Origin: Octopus sinensis
Taxonomy: Eukaryota
DNA length: 64,000 bases
Assembly (NCBI RefSeq): GCF_006345805.1
Contig: NC_043019.1
Location: 19,095,360-19,159,359 of the forward strand
Reading direction: 5' to 3'
Within the stretch, counting starts at the first letter, position 1. Each line of letters opens with the position of its first letter. The notes beneath the pieces are model-generated. The model did not search any database. It saw only the letters and a program-made list of their open reading frames with translations, and had not been told where the DNA came from. This document shows, piece by piece, positions 62,922 to 64,000 of this stretch. The translations under genes and the position numbers were made by a program.

Positions 62922-64000
62922 TCATCTTGGATACAGTCACACTAATTAAGCTAATGAAATTCATAATATCGGGACCTATTGTGAAGATGATACAGAAATT
63001 TTGCAATGGCTACAAATAATTCTGGAAGCTCAAGCTTAAACCTGTAATTTTGCCAACCCTCACCACCACCACCACCTACACATTCCCTCCACTGTCTCAC
63101 ACCTCGTTCATATGGACACCACTTCAACAACTAGTTATAATCAAACAGTACTTCCTCCCACATTAGTTTTAATTTCTTATATTTTGGCATCCAAAATCAT
63201 CAGACTTTTGCCAACGTAGAATATCACTACTTGCCTTGGATTGTACAGTGTTACTGTGGTATGGATTCCTAGACCAACAGAGTTAAATTTAACTACTAAT
63301 ATGTAAGGTACTTTACTCTTATTCAAGATGGAAAGAGACCATCAAGTGAAACTGAAAGCATTGGTGTGGAAAAGAGTAGGAAAAAAGTGATTCTGTTTAA
63401 TATTTGGCAAAGGCTTCAAGCAACATCACAAAACCATTAAAACTTGCAATGTCTGTGGATAGAACGATACATGGAACAACGCATAAGAATAAAGATAAAA
63501 TTAGACCAAATAATCAAGTAACTCCAATGGTAAACCTTTGAACATTATTTTGTCATAGATCTAAAGTGATGCTTATTATGGAATGACTCCAGATGCAATG
63601 TACTAATAAACACAAGTGAAAGCTAAAAGTTTTTATGGTGCTGGATTGTTTTTGTTTTGTTTTTTTTCAGCAAGGGAGATTGTGGATATGGGCAATTTTT
63701 TATGTAAACCTTACTAGTAAAGGCTGATTTGAATTATTTAAGAAGTGCTTTAATTTGCTTGAAATCAAAATGACCAATGGAATTTCTGAGGCTGATACAG
63801 ATGTTGTTACTAAATATTGTGAGGGGCTGAAGGAGTTTATACACAAAAATATTTTGGAAATGATAACTACTAGGATTTTTATTCCATGTAGAAAGAGCAG
63901 TAGCAGACTTTAAAGTTACCAAAAGTCATCTGGTGCATCTAGAATTCATTGCTGGTCATGTGTAATTGAAGCCCCTACTTATATACCTGCTCAAATTCAA

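Overview
AT-rich, microsatellite-dense eukaryotic DNA. The repeat families suggest an octopus or other coleoid cephalopod; this is inference. One host gene is recoverable: a plus-strand ERICH3-like (glutamate-rich protein 3, DUF4590) gene. It has 12 phase-consistent coding exons from 13858 to 53827, about 900 aa, and its first exon is unresolved. The rest is mostly transposon sequence: a young, nearly intact CR1/L2-type LINE (7462-10858, minus) with a second 3' copy, RTE LINEs, Penelope-like elements, Tc1/mariner, hAT, a gypsy remnant, tRNA-derived SINEs, MITEs and clustered non-autonomous Helitrons. The most notable signal is the ORF1/ORF2 junction of the CR1-like LINE. An in-frame G_GGA_AAC slippery heptamer sits directly before the ORF1 stop, ORF2 is in the -1 frame with no AUG, and a perfect 15-bp hairpin lies downstream, which suggests -1 ribosomal frameshifting. 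Other notable signals are short inverted self-copies at the 5' junctions of two different LINEs, head-to-tail and palindromic Helitron ends, and Cys/His-rich and pentapeptide-repeat inserts in the ERICH3-like protein. All alignments were done by eye and no database was searched.
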